Assembly: GCF_006345805.1 (NCBI RefSeq) | Contig: NC_043012.1 | Coordinates: 27,156,001 to 27,220,000 of the forward strand | Direction: 5' to 3' | From: Octopus sinensis | Taxonomy: Eukaryota | Length of the DNA: 64,000 bases | Part shown: positions 26,736-38,014 of the stretch, piece after piece | Layout: each line of letters starts with the position of its first letter | Numbering within the stretch: position 1 is the stretch's first letter | The notes under the pieces: generated by a model | What the model saw: only the letters and a program-made list of their open reading frames with translations | Databases searched by the model: none | What the model was told of the DNA's origin: nothing | Program-made: the position numbers and the translations under genes

Positions 26736-26849
26736 GATATTTTTTAAGGAAATTTTCTACAAATATGCTTCAGATGGTGTTCTTTCCAATTATATCGAAA
26801 TTTGCAGTGAAATAAATTTTTCCAAAAACTTTTTACGTTTCTGGAATAA

Positions 26850-27130
26850 TGTTTCCAGCATCTCTTTTACAAGCCCAGGTTGATTGCAAAGGCTGTGCAT
26901 TTCTCACTTGAGAGAAATATTCTTGTTTTTCTTTGAGAATTGTATAGAGAGTTTATAAGTGAAAATTTGTCACAAATGTTTTTCACAGTTGTACTGCTAC
27001 TGTGCATTTTTATAATTCCATACTTCATTTCCAAAGTGATGGATTTTTGTTTCATTTTGTTCCCATTGGTGTCCGTTGTACACTTTCATTTAGACATAAT
27101 GGGTGGGTTTAAAAAATGCCAAGTAGCTTA
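26850..27130 (-). mobile_element. Tigger-like transposase N-terminal (psq HTH) fragment
   Basis: 'KQKSITLEMKYGIIKMH..TTVKNICDKFSL'. Confidence 0.55.
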
Positions 27131-27648
27131 AAAGCATGAAAATATAGTTGCTATATAGGTGCCTCGAGCTGCAATCGAGAACCATGGCCAGATAATTCAG
27201 CTGTCATCACATGTTGATTCTACCCATCTCTCGCCAGCTTTGATCACTTCACACTACTGATAGCAGTGCAACTTGCTTCTTCCTCAGACAACATAAAAAA
27301 AGGGGAAGGTGCCTTGTTGCTTACCAATGTGACATCATCTCATCCATTGTTGGTCCTCTTGCGACATCTTTCTTTCTATCTTCCCAGTCAATTACTCCCA
27401 CACAATATGAAATATGTGACATGAAGAATTAGCTTATAATAATTCCTCTCAACAAAGCACACACGCAAACTAAGACACTGAAATTTTATGCCGTCATTTT
27501 ACTCCAGAAAATAGCTGTTTAACCATTTTATATTTATTATAAAATAAAACTTGTAAACCCAGGGTCCTATAAAGTGTGGCATTACTATTTGCTAAAATTT
27601 TCACTTAAAAATACCCATTTTCCAGATATACAGTAACTGGCCAGAGTT

Positions 27649-28135
27649 AGCTGCAGCATACTTACACGTATGTACCTCAATTAATTTCTTTCCTCACAAC
27701 TTCCAGAAAATGGGATATTTTTTTAATGAAACTTTCTACAAATACACTTCAGATGGTGTAGGTTCCTATTATATCTGAATTTGTCATGCAAAAATGTTTT
27801 CAGGGGAGACGGGAGAGGAATTTCAGAAAATTCACACAGATCAAATTTGTTTTGTCATAACTTTCAGAAAAATGGATGTTTTTAAATGAAAATTTCGACA
27901 AATACCTTTTAAAGTGTATAGATTACAATTATAATGGAATTTAATATGAAAACAAAATTTGTTGGGATAGCACAGATACATACATTTTTGGGGCAAAAAT
28001 TTATTTCACAACAAATTCTGATATAATTCGAATCTACATCACCTGAAGAAAATTTCATTAAAACATATCTATTTTTCTGGAAGTTATGAGGAAACAAAGT
28101 CAGTGGGAAACATTTGTGTATGTATGCCTGTTGCT
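27649..28135. mobile_element. MITE with long imperfect inverted repeats
   Basis: 27655-27795 approximates the reverse complement of 28000-28130. A related unit lies at about 26745-26830. Confidence 0.6.
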
Positions 28136-28139
28136 TTAA

Positions 28140-29539
28140 CCCTTTCGTTACTATATTTCTGACCAAAATACACCCCTCATGAGTTTCAATTAAATTCTAA
28201 AATAATCATGAATTTAAGCTTGTTTCATTAAATAACTGTAACTTTTTTACTTATCAACATATTAATGTGATATTTGGAACATAATTAAAGAAAGGGTTCT
28301 TAATCAATTCTATTGCATAACGTTTGTCTCAAAGTGACTTTAATTACAGGTAAATCCAGGTAAATAGAGCAAAAGGTAAAAATATTAAAATTTTGTTTAA
28401 ACATCACCATAGAAAATGAATCATCAGCTAATATTCAAATGGGTATGCAACAAAATTTTGATAACGAAGAATTGTACACATCACTAGATCATCAGTTGAA
28501 TTTAATGCACAACAGGTGTACCATAAAGGTGGAATAAACTGAAATACTGGAATCCACCGCAAGTTTGACCGAACTAAAGAAATCAGTCAAAAAATAATAT
28601 ACAGCCCTGGTTATGGAAGTGATAAATTCCAGACCACATCGTTCCCTAGGCCATGCTGACTAACATTATTTTCCCTGTATAAAAACTTAATCCACGCAGT
28701 ACCCAGTATTTGATTCACAAACTTTCCGAACTTCGATCCCCCATTTTGTGTTTGTTTACAATCTGCGTAAATTTGTTTCCGCATTGATCGCTTCAAACAA
28801 TAACTTCCAGACCACATCGTGCCTTAAGCCATGCTGACTAATACTATTTTCCCTGTATAAAACTAAATCCACAACAGTACCCAGTATTTAGCTTCACAAA
28901 TTTTCCAAACTTTGATCCCCCATTTTGTGTTTGTTTACAATCTGCGAAACAGTTTGCTTCCACAGTGATCGCTCCAAACAAGCATACTGAAAAAAATAAA
29001 AGTCTAATGGTTTCACTTCCTAAGAAAGACTATAGATAAACTCTATCTCCTCAGAAAAATTGCTAATAAAAACATTTTTAAAGTTTTTTACTTCATTCCG
29101 ATGTAAAATTGTCTTTGCTGTCCCTGCTTTCATTTTCGGATAAAAAAATATCCTATTCATTATTGTACACCACGTGCTTTTGGACCTCATTCATTCTTTT
29201 TCTTGATATTTCCCTATTTTCTGTTGAAAAAGCTTTAAATTCGGAATCAATGCTTGATAACATGAAACTCCTATCCATTTTCAAAGTTGAAGAAAAATCG
29301 ATGCCGAAAAAAATGTGGAAAAAAATCTCCCAAAATTAACTGAGTTGAAATATCACGTCAAGCAATGTCGGATAATATAAGCCAACTATTTACAAAGTGA
29401 AATCACATGTTTTAACGAATGTACCAATGAGATTTGGGTTCAAATTTACATTTAAATAACAATAGGTTCTCTCGGCCGGCAACAGCCGGGTTGGTATTAT
29501 GAACCAAAAAATTTTTCGGCCGGGTTAGTAACGAAAGGG
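28140..29539 (-). mobile_element. Non-autonomous piggyBac (internally deleted, related subfamily)
   Basis: TTAA TSD (28136-39, 29540-43); TIRs CCCTTTCGTTACTA at both ends; internal tandem duplication (about 28625-28800 vs 28807-28980). Confidence 0.92.
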
Positions 29540-30179
29540 TTAACATAAGTAATAATAAGATTACATTGCTATTATATATCTACATATCAACTTACTTCGC
29601 TTCACTTTCATTTTGTATGTATCAATATATAATTATATAGCTGCATGTTATATATAAACAAAAAACACACTTCTTTCATTCAATTTGCCTTGAAAGGATA
29701 ACAATAATGTGGATGAGATAGGCTCAGTTTTTCACTTCACATAAACGTAAATAGGATAACAGTATTTATGACAATACTGTGTTTAGTAATGAATACTAAA
29801 CTGTATTAAAAATGCATCGTATTGTGTGTGTGTGTGTGTGTTAAAAGTTATTGGCAGTAATTATGTAGTAATTTCTCATTGCTTTGTAAATGCCTGTTCT
29901 TTCAACATAATTGCATTTCTCAAGATTAAGAATGCATTTCAGGAGACTATATGATTAACCACATAAGGAACTCAGATATAATTTTAGTACAGTCCAATAA
30001 AACAAAAAACCTGGATGCCATACCAGATTTCTCTCCAATAGCATTACAGTCATTTATAAGAAGGCAGACAATCATTTATATAAAGAGGTGAATATTGAAA
30101 CAAGAAGAATTGCTTTCCACCTTAATATCAACAATAGAATAGAGTACCTCCCCCTACATAAGCCCTTTATTACCTTTCT

Positions 30180-30710
30180 TGCATCTGGGGTTAATTCATT
30201 TAATTTGAATTTTTCACACACGATTCCAGCATAGGTGACGAAATCTTCATCTTTTTTTTTAATCAAATTTAAACATTGCCAACAAGTACTGAACAGGGAA
30301 CTTCTTTCACTGAAAACTCTCAATAACAAATTAACTGTTTCAATGGAACAACTCTCACCTGGTTTCTTCAGCAGAATATAGTTACAGTATTTTTCTTGTT
30401 TGACAGGGGATAACTTTCTTAAAAGTGGTCACACTGTCTTCCCGTCATTCCAGTTTTTACATTCTTCTTTGAAGATTTCTTTGTATCTTCTAAAATATGA
30501 AGAAAAAGTAGTACCTTCTTCTGGGTTATAAATAAATTCTTCAACTGAATTAGCTACACTGTCTGATGAGAATGAACCTGAAGTATTTTCAGACTTCTTC
30601 AACATTACTTCCAGTAACTGTTGGTATTGTTGATGTTGCTGTTGTAGTTGTTGTTGTAACAGCTGTTGTTACTGAAGCAACTGTACCACATGAGCCAACA
30701 AATCTTCCAT
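30180..30710 (-). mobile_element. Gypsy-type LTR retrotransposon gag remnant
   Basis: 'MEDLLAHVVQLLQ*QQ...VEEFIYNPEEGTTFSSYFRRYKEIF...W.D.K...LLRKL...SLFSTCWQCLNL.K...EDFVTYAGIV', a K02A2.6-like gag pattern. The 5' UTR continues at 33348-33600 with a PBS-like TGGCGAG. Confidence 0.75.
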
Positions 30711-30715
30711 GTTAA

Positions 30716-33343
30716 CTCTTCATAACTAACCTGGCCGTAGCCAGCCGAAAAATATTTTTTGGTTCATTAGACCAACCCGGCCATAGCCAGCCGAGAGAAC
30801 CGATTGTTATTTAAATGCATATTTGAACCCAAATCTCGTTGGTACATTCATTAAAACACGTGATTTCACTTTGCTAACAGCTGAGTTATTGTATCCAACA
30901 TTGTTTGGCATGATATTTGAACTCAGTGAATTTTGGAAGATTTTTTTCTACATTTTTATCAGCAGTAATTTTTTTCAACTTTCAAAATTGAGAGGAGTTT
31001 GATGCTATCAAGCAGTGATTTCAAATTTGAAGGCTTTTCAAATAAAGATATGGAGATTTCGAGGAGAAGAATGAATGAAGTGCAAAAGCATGTGGTGGAC
31101 GAAAATGAATCGGATATTTCTGTTTTCGAAACCGAAAGCAGCAATCCTGAAGAAACGGAAAGCAGTGACATCAACAGCGAGGATAATTTTACACCAGAAT
31201 GAAGTAATAAGTTCAAAAAAGTTTTTACTAACAAATTTTTTCCAGCATGCTTGTTTGAAGCAATCCCTATGGAAACAAACCGTTACGCAGAATGCAAATA
31301 ATCTGGAAAAAAAGATGGCTTGTGCTTTCCTACAACTGTAGATGAAATATGGGCATTTTTTTCCAGAAATATTATTATGGGTATAAGACAGTTACCCAGA
31401 ATTACAAATTGCTGGAGCAATCAGGAACCTTTTGGTAATCACTATGTTTCCAGTATTATGACCCAAATACGATTTGTGAAACCGAACCAGTATTTACATT
31501 TGAGATACACTAGCAGTACCCCAGTACATGGAGAACCAAACTTTGATCCCTTATTTAAAATAAGACACCTCATCAACTGCGTTCAAAATGCATATGAAAC
31601 ATTTTACAACCCTGGGGGATACTTATATGTCGATGAGGGAATGGTGGGGTATAAAGGAAGGGTACCCTTCCGCCAGGAAAGCCCACGAAATGGGGGATCA
31701 AAGTTTAGAAAATATGTGAAGCAAATACTGGGTACTGCTGTGGATTTAGCTTCTATACGGAGAAAAGAGACAATAATGTTAGTTAGCACGGCTTAGGGTA
31801 CTATGTGGTCTGGAATTTATCTCTTCCATACCATAACCAGGGCCGTATATTATTTTTTGACTGATTTTTTAGTTCGGTCAAACTTGCGGTGGATTTAGAA
31901 GCTGTGGCAACGTATACATATGCTACAGTAATTGCTAGTAGAAAGGGGCTGCCGTTGGATATAAAAAAAGCAAAATTAAAAGAATGAGGTGAAATAATCC
32001 AATGGCAGAAAGGAAATCTGCTAGTGACCGCATACAGAGATAAGAGGCAAATAAATTTTTCTATCTACCTGTGCACAACCATGTGTAGATGAAAATGGCG
32101 CTCCGTTTGTGAACTTTGATTATAACAGGTACATGGACGGTGTGGATTGGCTGAACCAGATGATGAGTTATTATCCGGTTGGTAGACCGGGTAATAAATG
32201 GCGGTGATACCTGGTTTGGTATATAGTAAACATGAGCATTGTAAATGCATTTATATTATATACCAAATCAGGAGGGGTTCACAAGAAGTGTGACCATCTG
32301 CAGTTGAGGGCAGGTTATTCCTCAAAAAAAATAACTGCAGGAAGGAAAAGCAAAGCCTGCTAGAGAGAGTTTAGCCAATCTACATAAATTAGAAAAAATC
32401 AGGGGTCGCAAAAGGCAGTGCCATGAATATCTACATCAACAAAGAAAAACTCCCAGTGGACGGCCAGTTGAAACATCTTTCCAATATACATTCTGCAAGG
32501 TTGCAGTATGTAGAGTGGGATGTTTTACAACTTTCGATGATAGAAATATTGAGTGAATATTATTTGTATATATGTATGTATGTTGGCGTTAGGAAGGGCA
32601 TCCAGCTGTAGAAACACTGCCAGATCTGACTGGCCTGGTGCAGCCTTCGAGCTTGCCAGACCCCAGTTGAACCGTCAACCCATGCTAGCATGGAAAGCGG
32701 ACGTTAAACGATGATGATGATGATGTATAATTAGACTGTATAAATGTTTTTCAAATTTACTTAGTTTAACTTTTTATTTTAATTTGCCTGTAAGGTGAGT
32801 GACAAGTTTTGATTTAATTTCTATTGTAAATCTTTATTATATATGTTCCTGTGTATTCATGTATGTGTGTGCGTATATTTCATTCAGTTGTATTTAATTT
32901 TCTAGTTTTTCTTCAAAAACAAATTCCAGTATTTTAGTTTATTCTACCTTTATGGCACACCTGTTCTTCTGTGCATTAAATTCAACTGATAATCTTAGTA
33001 GTGTGCACAATTCTTCTATATCAAAATTTTGTTGCATACCTCAATTAAATATTAGCTGGGGACTAATTTTCTATGGTAATGTTTAAACAAAATTAAAATA
33101 TTTTTACATTTTGCTCAGTTTACCTGGATTTACCTGTAATTAGAGTCACTTTGAGACAAAAATTATGCAATAGAATTCATTAAGAACCCCTTCTTCAATT
33201 ATGTTCCAAATATCACATTAATATGTCGATAAGTAAGAAAGTTACAGTTGTTTAATAAAACTAGTCTAAATTCATGATTATGTTAGAATTTAATTGAAAC
33301 TCATGAGGGGTGTATTTTGGTCAGAAATATAGTAACGAAAGGG
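30716..33343 (+). mobile_element. piggyBac element, defective transposase (copy 2), carrying an RTE-tail insertion at about 32582-32725
   Basis: TTAA TSD (30712-15, 33344-47); intact right TIR, degenerate left TIR (CTCTTCATAACTA); near-identical to copy 1. Confidence 0.92.
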
Positions 33344-33754
33344 TTAAAATAATATTTTCCTTGGATTCATACCAAAAAAAAATCTTAATATCCTATGCAA
33401 GCTTCGAATATCTTGTATAGATAAATTATGCAGTGGAGGTTTAATCAGTGTGTTCACATGACGTACTTCACAAGACTACCAAAATGCTCTCCCTCGACTA
33501 CTACTGACCTCTGCTCTTTGTAAAAGTTCAGGTAGTTCATTCTCCAATCCGCCAGGGGTGTCAATGACTCTCGCCACAACAGTAATGGAGGAACAAGCAG
33601 AATTATTATAAGATACATATACATATGTATACATCTTTCTCTCGTCTTTCATCTCTCCTTTTTCCCCTCACTCCCCTCTCTCTCATTCCACCTTCACCTC
33701 TCTTTAACTAACTAAAATGCAATGTGCGAACAAACAAGGAGAATTATAGATTCT

Positions 33755-34740
33755 TCCAAACAATGAGCTTGAAAATCACAATTGACACAAACCTCAGCAG
33801 CATTAACTTTTTAGACATTAACCTAAATTTAGTACCGGATAGTTTTAAGCTTTTTTTGTAAGTCTACTGAAAGGCTATTTTACATTAATAAAGGATCTAA
33901 TCACCCACCTGTTATTCTTAGAAATATGGTAAGTGATATAGGAAAGCACATTTCATCAATGTCATTGAAAGAGACAGCCTTTTGCAATGCCTCTCCATTA
34001 TATATTATAATGATGCTCTGCAAAATAGTAGGTTCTCAGAGATCTACTGTATTGATAAAGGAAGTAACCATAGTAGGACTCATAGAACTAGGACTAGAAA
34101 GCTTTCATGGTAAAATCAAACTTTTAGCATTACTTTTACAAGCAATGTAGGTAGAGAATTTTTAAATCTAGTTTCTAGACATGTTCTAGCAAGTCACAAA
34201 TATCATGGAATTTTTAATAGAAAAATGCAAAAGGTGAGCTATTTTTGTTGCAAAAACTTAACCTCTTTTATAAACAAACATAATACAAGCATCTTCAACA
34301 AAACTAATGGTGCCACAGAAGAACCTAATCCAATATGTAATTGTAAAGACTCAGTTAGTTGTCCTTTAGATGGAAGTTGCTTAATTAAAAACACTATATA
34401 GAGCTAAGGTTCAGCTGGACAACACCAATCCATACAAAACATACACAGGTTCCCTAGAAAATAGCATCAAAACTTTGCACAGGAATTCTTTCAAGTAACT
34501 AGAAAATAGGTCAGCAACAAGCCTGGCTAAACATATATGGCAGTTAAAAGAAGCATGTTCTTCCCATTTAAAATTTATTGTTCATATTGGAGAAAGCTAC
34601 CCCATACAAGCACAGATCATACAGGAACTCAATGTCTGAGCAAGAAGTTTTTCATCCTTTTCCTGGATAAGAATGTATTAAATCACAGGATGGAGCTCCT
34701 AGGATTTTGCACACATGCTTCTAGATAACCTGTGAGTTGT
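33755..34740 (+). mobile_element. Penelope-like element, Naiad-type (RT thumb + Cys-rich linker + GIY-YIG), decayed
   Basis: 'KITIDTNLSSINFLDINLNL', 'YINKGSNHPP', 'YHGIFNR...KVSY', 'CNCKDSVSCPLDGSCLIKN', 'YTGS', 'ATSLAKHIWQLK', 'LNHRMELLGFCTH'. Confidence 0.8.
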
Positions 34741-34969
34741 CAAACAATTTCATATGGATAGCCTACTTGGACTTTACTATATATCTCCATTTTTATTGTG
34801 CACTTCCCCACTTCTTTAAAAATATTTTTTTACAAACAATCTTCCTCTGATTGTTTTAATTAATTTTTTTTTTTTGCTGCTCAATACAACAACATTGTGT
34901 CCGTGGTTTTTTCCAACTGCCTTATAAACATATATTTTAAGCTCATGTCCAGAAAGAATATTTTAATAT

Positions 34970-35493
34970 CACTTAATATCAAGTAAGACCCATCAAGCCA
35001 AGTGAAATCATAGTCGTGGCTGATGCAGGTGTCATGTAACTTGCACCCGTGCTGGTGGCATGTACAAAGCACCTTTCAAACATTGAATCTCACGGAGATA
35101 ATGTGACCGATGCTGGTGTCATGCAACTAGCACCTGTGTTGGTGGCACGTAAAAAAGCACCTTTCGAGAGTTGGGCCTCACAGGGGTAATGACAAATGAC
35201 TGAGACCTTCGGCAATATGCTGTGCTTGAATAGAAGATCCATCAAGCCAGATGTAATTGTAGTTGTGGCAGATACCGGTGTCATGCAACTGACTGACACC
35301 CATGCCAGTGCCACGTAAAAGCACACAATACACTCTTGGAGTGGTTGGTGTTAGGAAGGGTATCCAGCAGTAAAAACCATGCCAAATCAGATTAGAGTCT
35401 GGCGCAGCCCTTCAGCCGACTCTGCTCAAACCATCCAACCCATGACTGCTTGAACAATGGACATTAAATGATGATGATGATGATGATGATGAT
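34970..35493 (+). mobile_element. RTE-tailed SINE or RTE 3' UTR fragment
   Basis: Repeated GGTGGCACGTAAAA(A)GCAC modules, the GTTAGGAAGGGTATCCAGC motif and a (GAT)n tail. Confidence 0.8.
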
Positions 35494-35764
35494 TTGTGTA
35501 TTTCTGAAGGTCTTGCAAGTTTTATTCATTTTCTTTTTTTCTATTTTATATTATTTTACTTTTGTGCTTCATATTCACTTTTGTTTTGCATGTTATAGCT
35601 AGAACTTTCAGTTTTTATAAAATTGTAATTTTATTAAATGAGTTTATTAAACTCGAAAACCTTTCAACAGCCACCTATCTCACTGAGCAATTTTATCTAT
35701 AATACTTATATTTTAGGAATAGTATTATTTCTAAATCTCTTAGAGAGAGAGACTTACAGTAAGA

Positions 35765-36455
35765 ACCATCATTTCTAGCTGGCTGTACAACACATTATCT
35801 GTGTCCTTATATTTTCAAACCAGGAATTCAGCACCTCCACCCAGTACAAAACAACATCTGTGGACTAGTTTCAGGGTTATTGCTCTTCATCAACACAGAG
35901 TAGTTGCTTAGCTAGGTGGCATTGCTGAATTCACAGTTCAGATATATAGATTTTGGAGTGACACACAGCCACTGATCTATAAATAGAAATAGTATTATTT
36001 CTAAATCTCAGAGAGAGAGACATATAGTAACATTTCTTCAAAGTAAAATTTAATTGGTAACATGATATGGCTGTCCAGGAAGGGATGTTGTTACTGCTTA
36101 TTAGCCCCAAGAAACATCATTTCTAACTGGCTATACAACACATTATCTGTGTCCTTATATATTTCTATTTATAGATCAGTGGCTGTGTGTCACTTTGAAA
36201 TTTATATATTCAAACCGTGAATTCAGCAACACCACCTCGCCAAGCAGCTACTCTATGTTTATAAAGAGCAATAACTCTGAATCTAGTCCACAGATGTTGT
36301 TTTGTGCTGGGCAGGGATACCGAATTCCTGGTTCGAAAATATAAGGACACAGATAACGTGTCGTATAGCTAGCTAGAAACGATGTTTCTTGGGGCCAATA
36401 AACAGTAACAACGTCCCTTCCAGAACAGCCATATTATGTCGGCAATTAAATTTTA
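35765..36455. mobile_element. Two copies of a small hammerhead-bearing Penelope-type LTR unit in opposite orientations
   Basis: 35765-35990 is the inverse of 36160-36390. 36045-36160 is an inverted partial copy of the right end. A related end lies at about 23925-24035. Confidence 0.65.
35858..35898 (-). ncRNA. Minimal type I hammerhead ribozyme relic
   Basis: ctgtg TTGATGA agag-caataa-ccct GAAAC ta GTC cacag. Stem I is perfect; C3 is changed to U and stem II has one mismatch. Confidence 0.6.
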
Positions 36456-36560
36456 ATCATATTTTAATTATTTATAATCCTTCATTCATCCTAAATTTCT
36501 TTCATTTATCACTATATACAATTTTCTTTTTTCTTTTTCACATTTTCTTGTTTGTATATA

Positions 36561-37806
36561 CAGGGTGTCCCAAAAAAATGTATACACACTTTAGCAGCTG
36601 ATAACTCAATTGATATTTTATCTTTCCAGATGAAACCTATAAGATTTAATGATGGCAGTCAGATTAAGCTTTGAACAAAGAAAATTAATTCTAAAATGAT
36701 ACTGGAAGTGTGAAAATGCAGTTGAAGTGCAAAAACAGTTGGGGAGGGAGTTTCAAACAGATCCACCAATGCAACTCCCTATCACTTGAATTAGAGATAA
36801 GTTTGAAGTTGATGGAACTGTTCAGAATGTTCACGATAAGCATTCCAGAAGACCCTGAACATCAACAACCCCAACAAAGCAAGGAGTACTGGAAATGAAT
36901 CACCAAAGTCCAAGAAAATCTGTGCGGCAAAGTGAGTCATGAGGTAGGTATTCCAAAATCATCTGTCCAATGCATTTTGAAGTATTGTCAATGGAAAAGT
37001 TACATTCCAAGATTAGTCCATGCTATTAATGATGATGATCCAGACGAAAGAGTGCAGCATTGCGAGTGGTACTTGGAACGATGTGTAGAAGCTGCACACT
37101 TTCCAACAAAGATTGTGTGGAGTGATGAAGCCACATTCAAATTAAATGGTTCAATTAACTGCCACAATTGCACCTACTGGGGTCCTGAGAATCTGCATGT
37201 TATGGTGAAACACCATGTTAATTTGATATTTGTGTGGTGTGGTTTATCATCAAGAGGATTAATTGGACCATTCTTTTGTTATGCTACTGTGACTGGTCCC
37301 ATTTACTTGAACTTGTTGCAACAGTCTGTTATGCCAAGCATTAGAGAAGACTTTGAAGATGAGGCGTTTTATTTTCAGCAAGATGGGGCACCCCCACACT
37401 ACCATTGCTATGTTAGATCCTTCCTTGATGAGATCTTGCTAAACAGGTGGATTGGATGAAGAGGTATGGTTGAATTCACCAGACCTCACACCACTAGACT
37501 TTTTTATGGGGATACCTTAAAGACAAATTGTACGCTATGAAACATACAAGTCGCTGATTTGAGAGCAGCCATTGGATGAGAGTGCACACAAATACCAAAC
37601 AAATTCTTTTGTGATATTTGTGATTCCATTCCTTTGCGTTGTCAGCAGTGCCTGGACCAGACCGGACATCAGTTTGAAAACAGGCATTGACAAAACAATA
37701 AAATAATGTCTGTAGATTCTATTAAATTTTGAAAATGAAGTGTCTTTTAATAAACAACTACTTTACAATTGTTTAAAGTGTGCATACATTTTTTTGGGAC
37801 ACCCTG
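36561..37806 (+). mobile_element. Tc1/mariner rosa-type (DD41D-like) transposon, full length but defective
   Basis: TA TSD; ~30-bp TIRs CAGGGTGTCCCAAAAAAATGTAT; '[11 protein letters not shown]', 'FQQDGAPPH', 'RWIG*RG', 'SPDLTPLDF'. Contains stops and a small deletion before SPDL, so the spacing is inferred. Confidence 0.9.
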
Positions 37807-38014
37807 TATTTAACATAATTGCTTATCTCTATGAGTGTATAATATATATATTGTAAACAATTGTATGTATACTTTATATGTGTTAATATGAAAGTATTTG
37901 TATATTTGTGTGTCATTTTGCATATGTTTATATATTTTTTATACACGTATGTTTTTTTATATGTATTAAGTATGTACATAGATGTTTTTGCATGAACATT
38001 CAGATGTTGATGTA

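Noticed and set aside
30620-30690. PolyQ-like tract suggesting a host gene
   Set aside because: It is the N-terminus of the decayed Gypsy gag and contains a stop.
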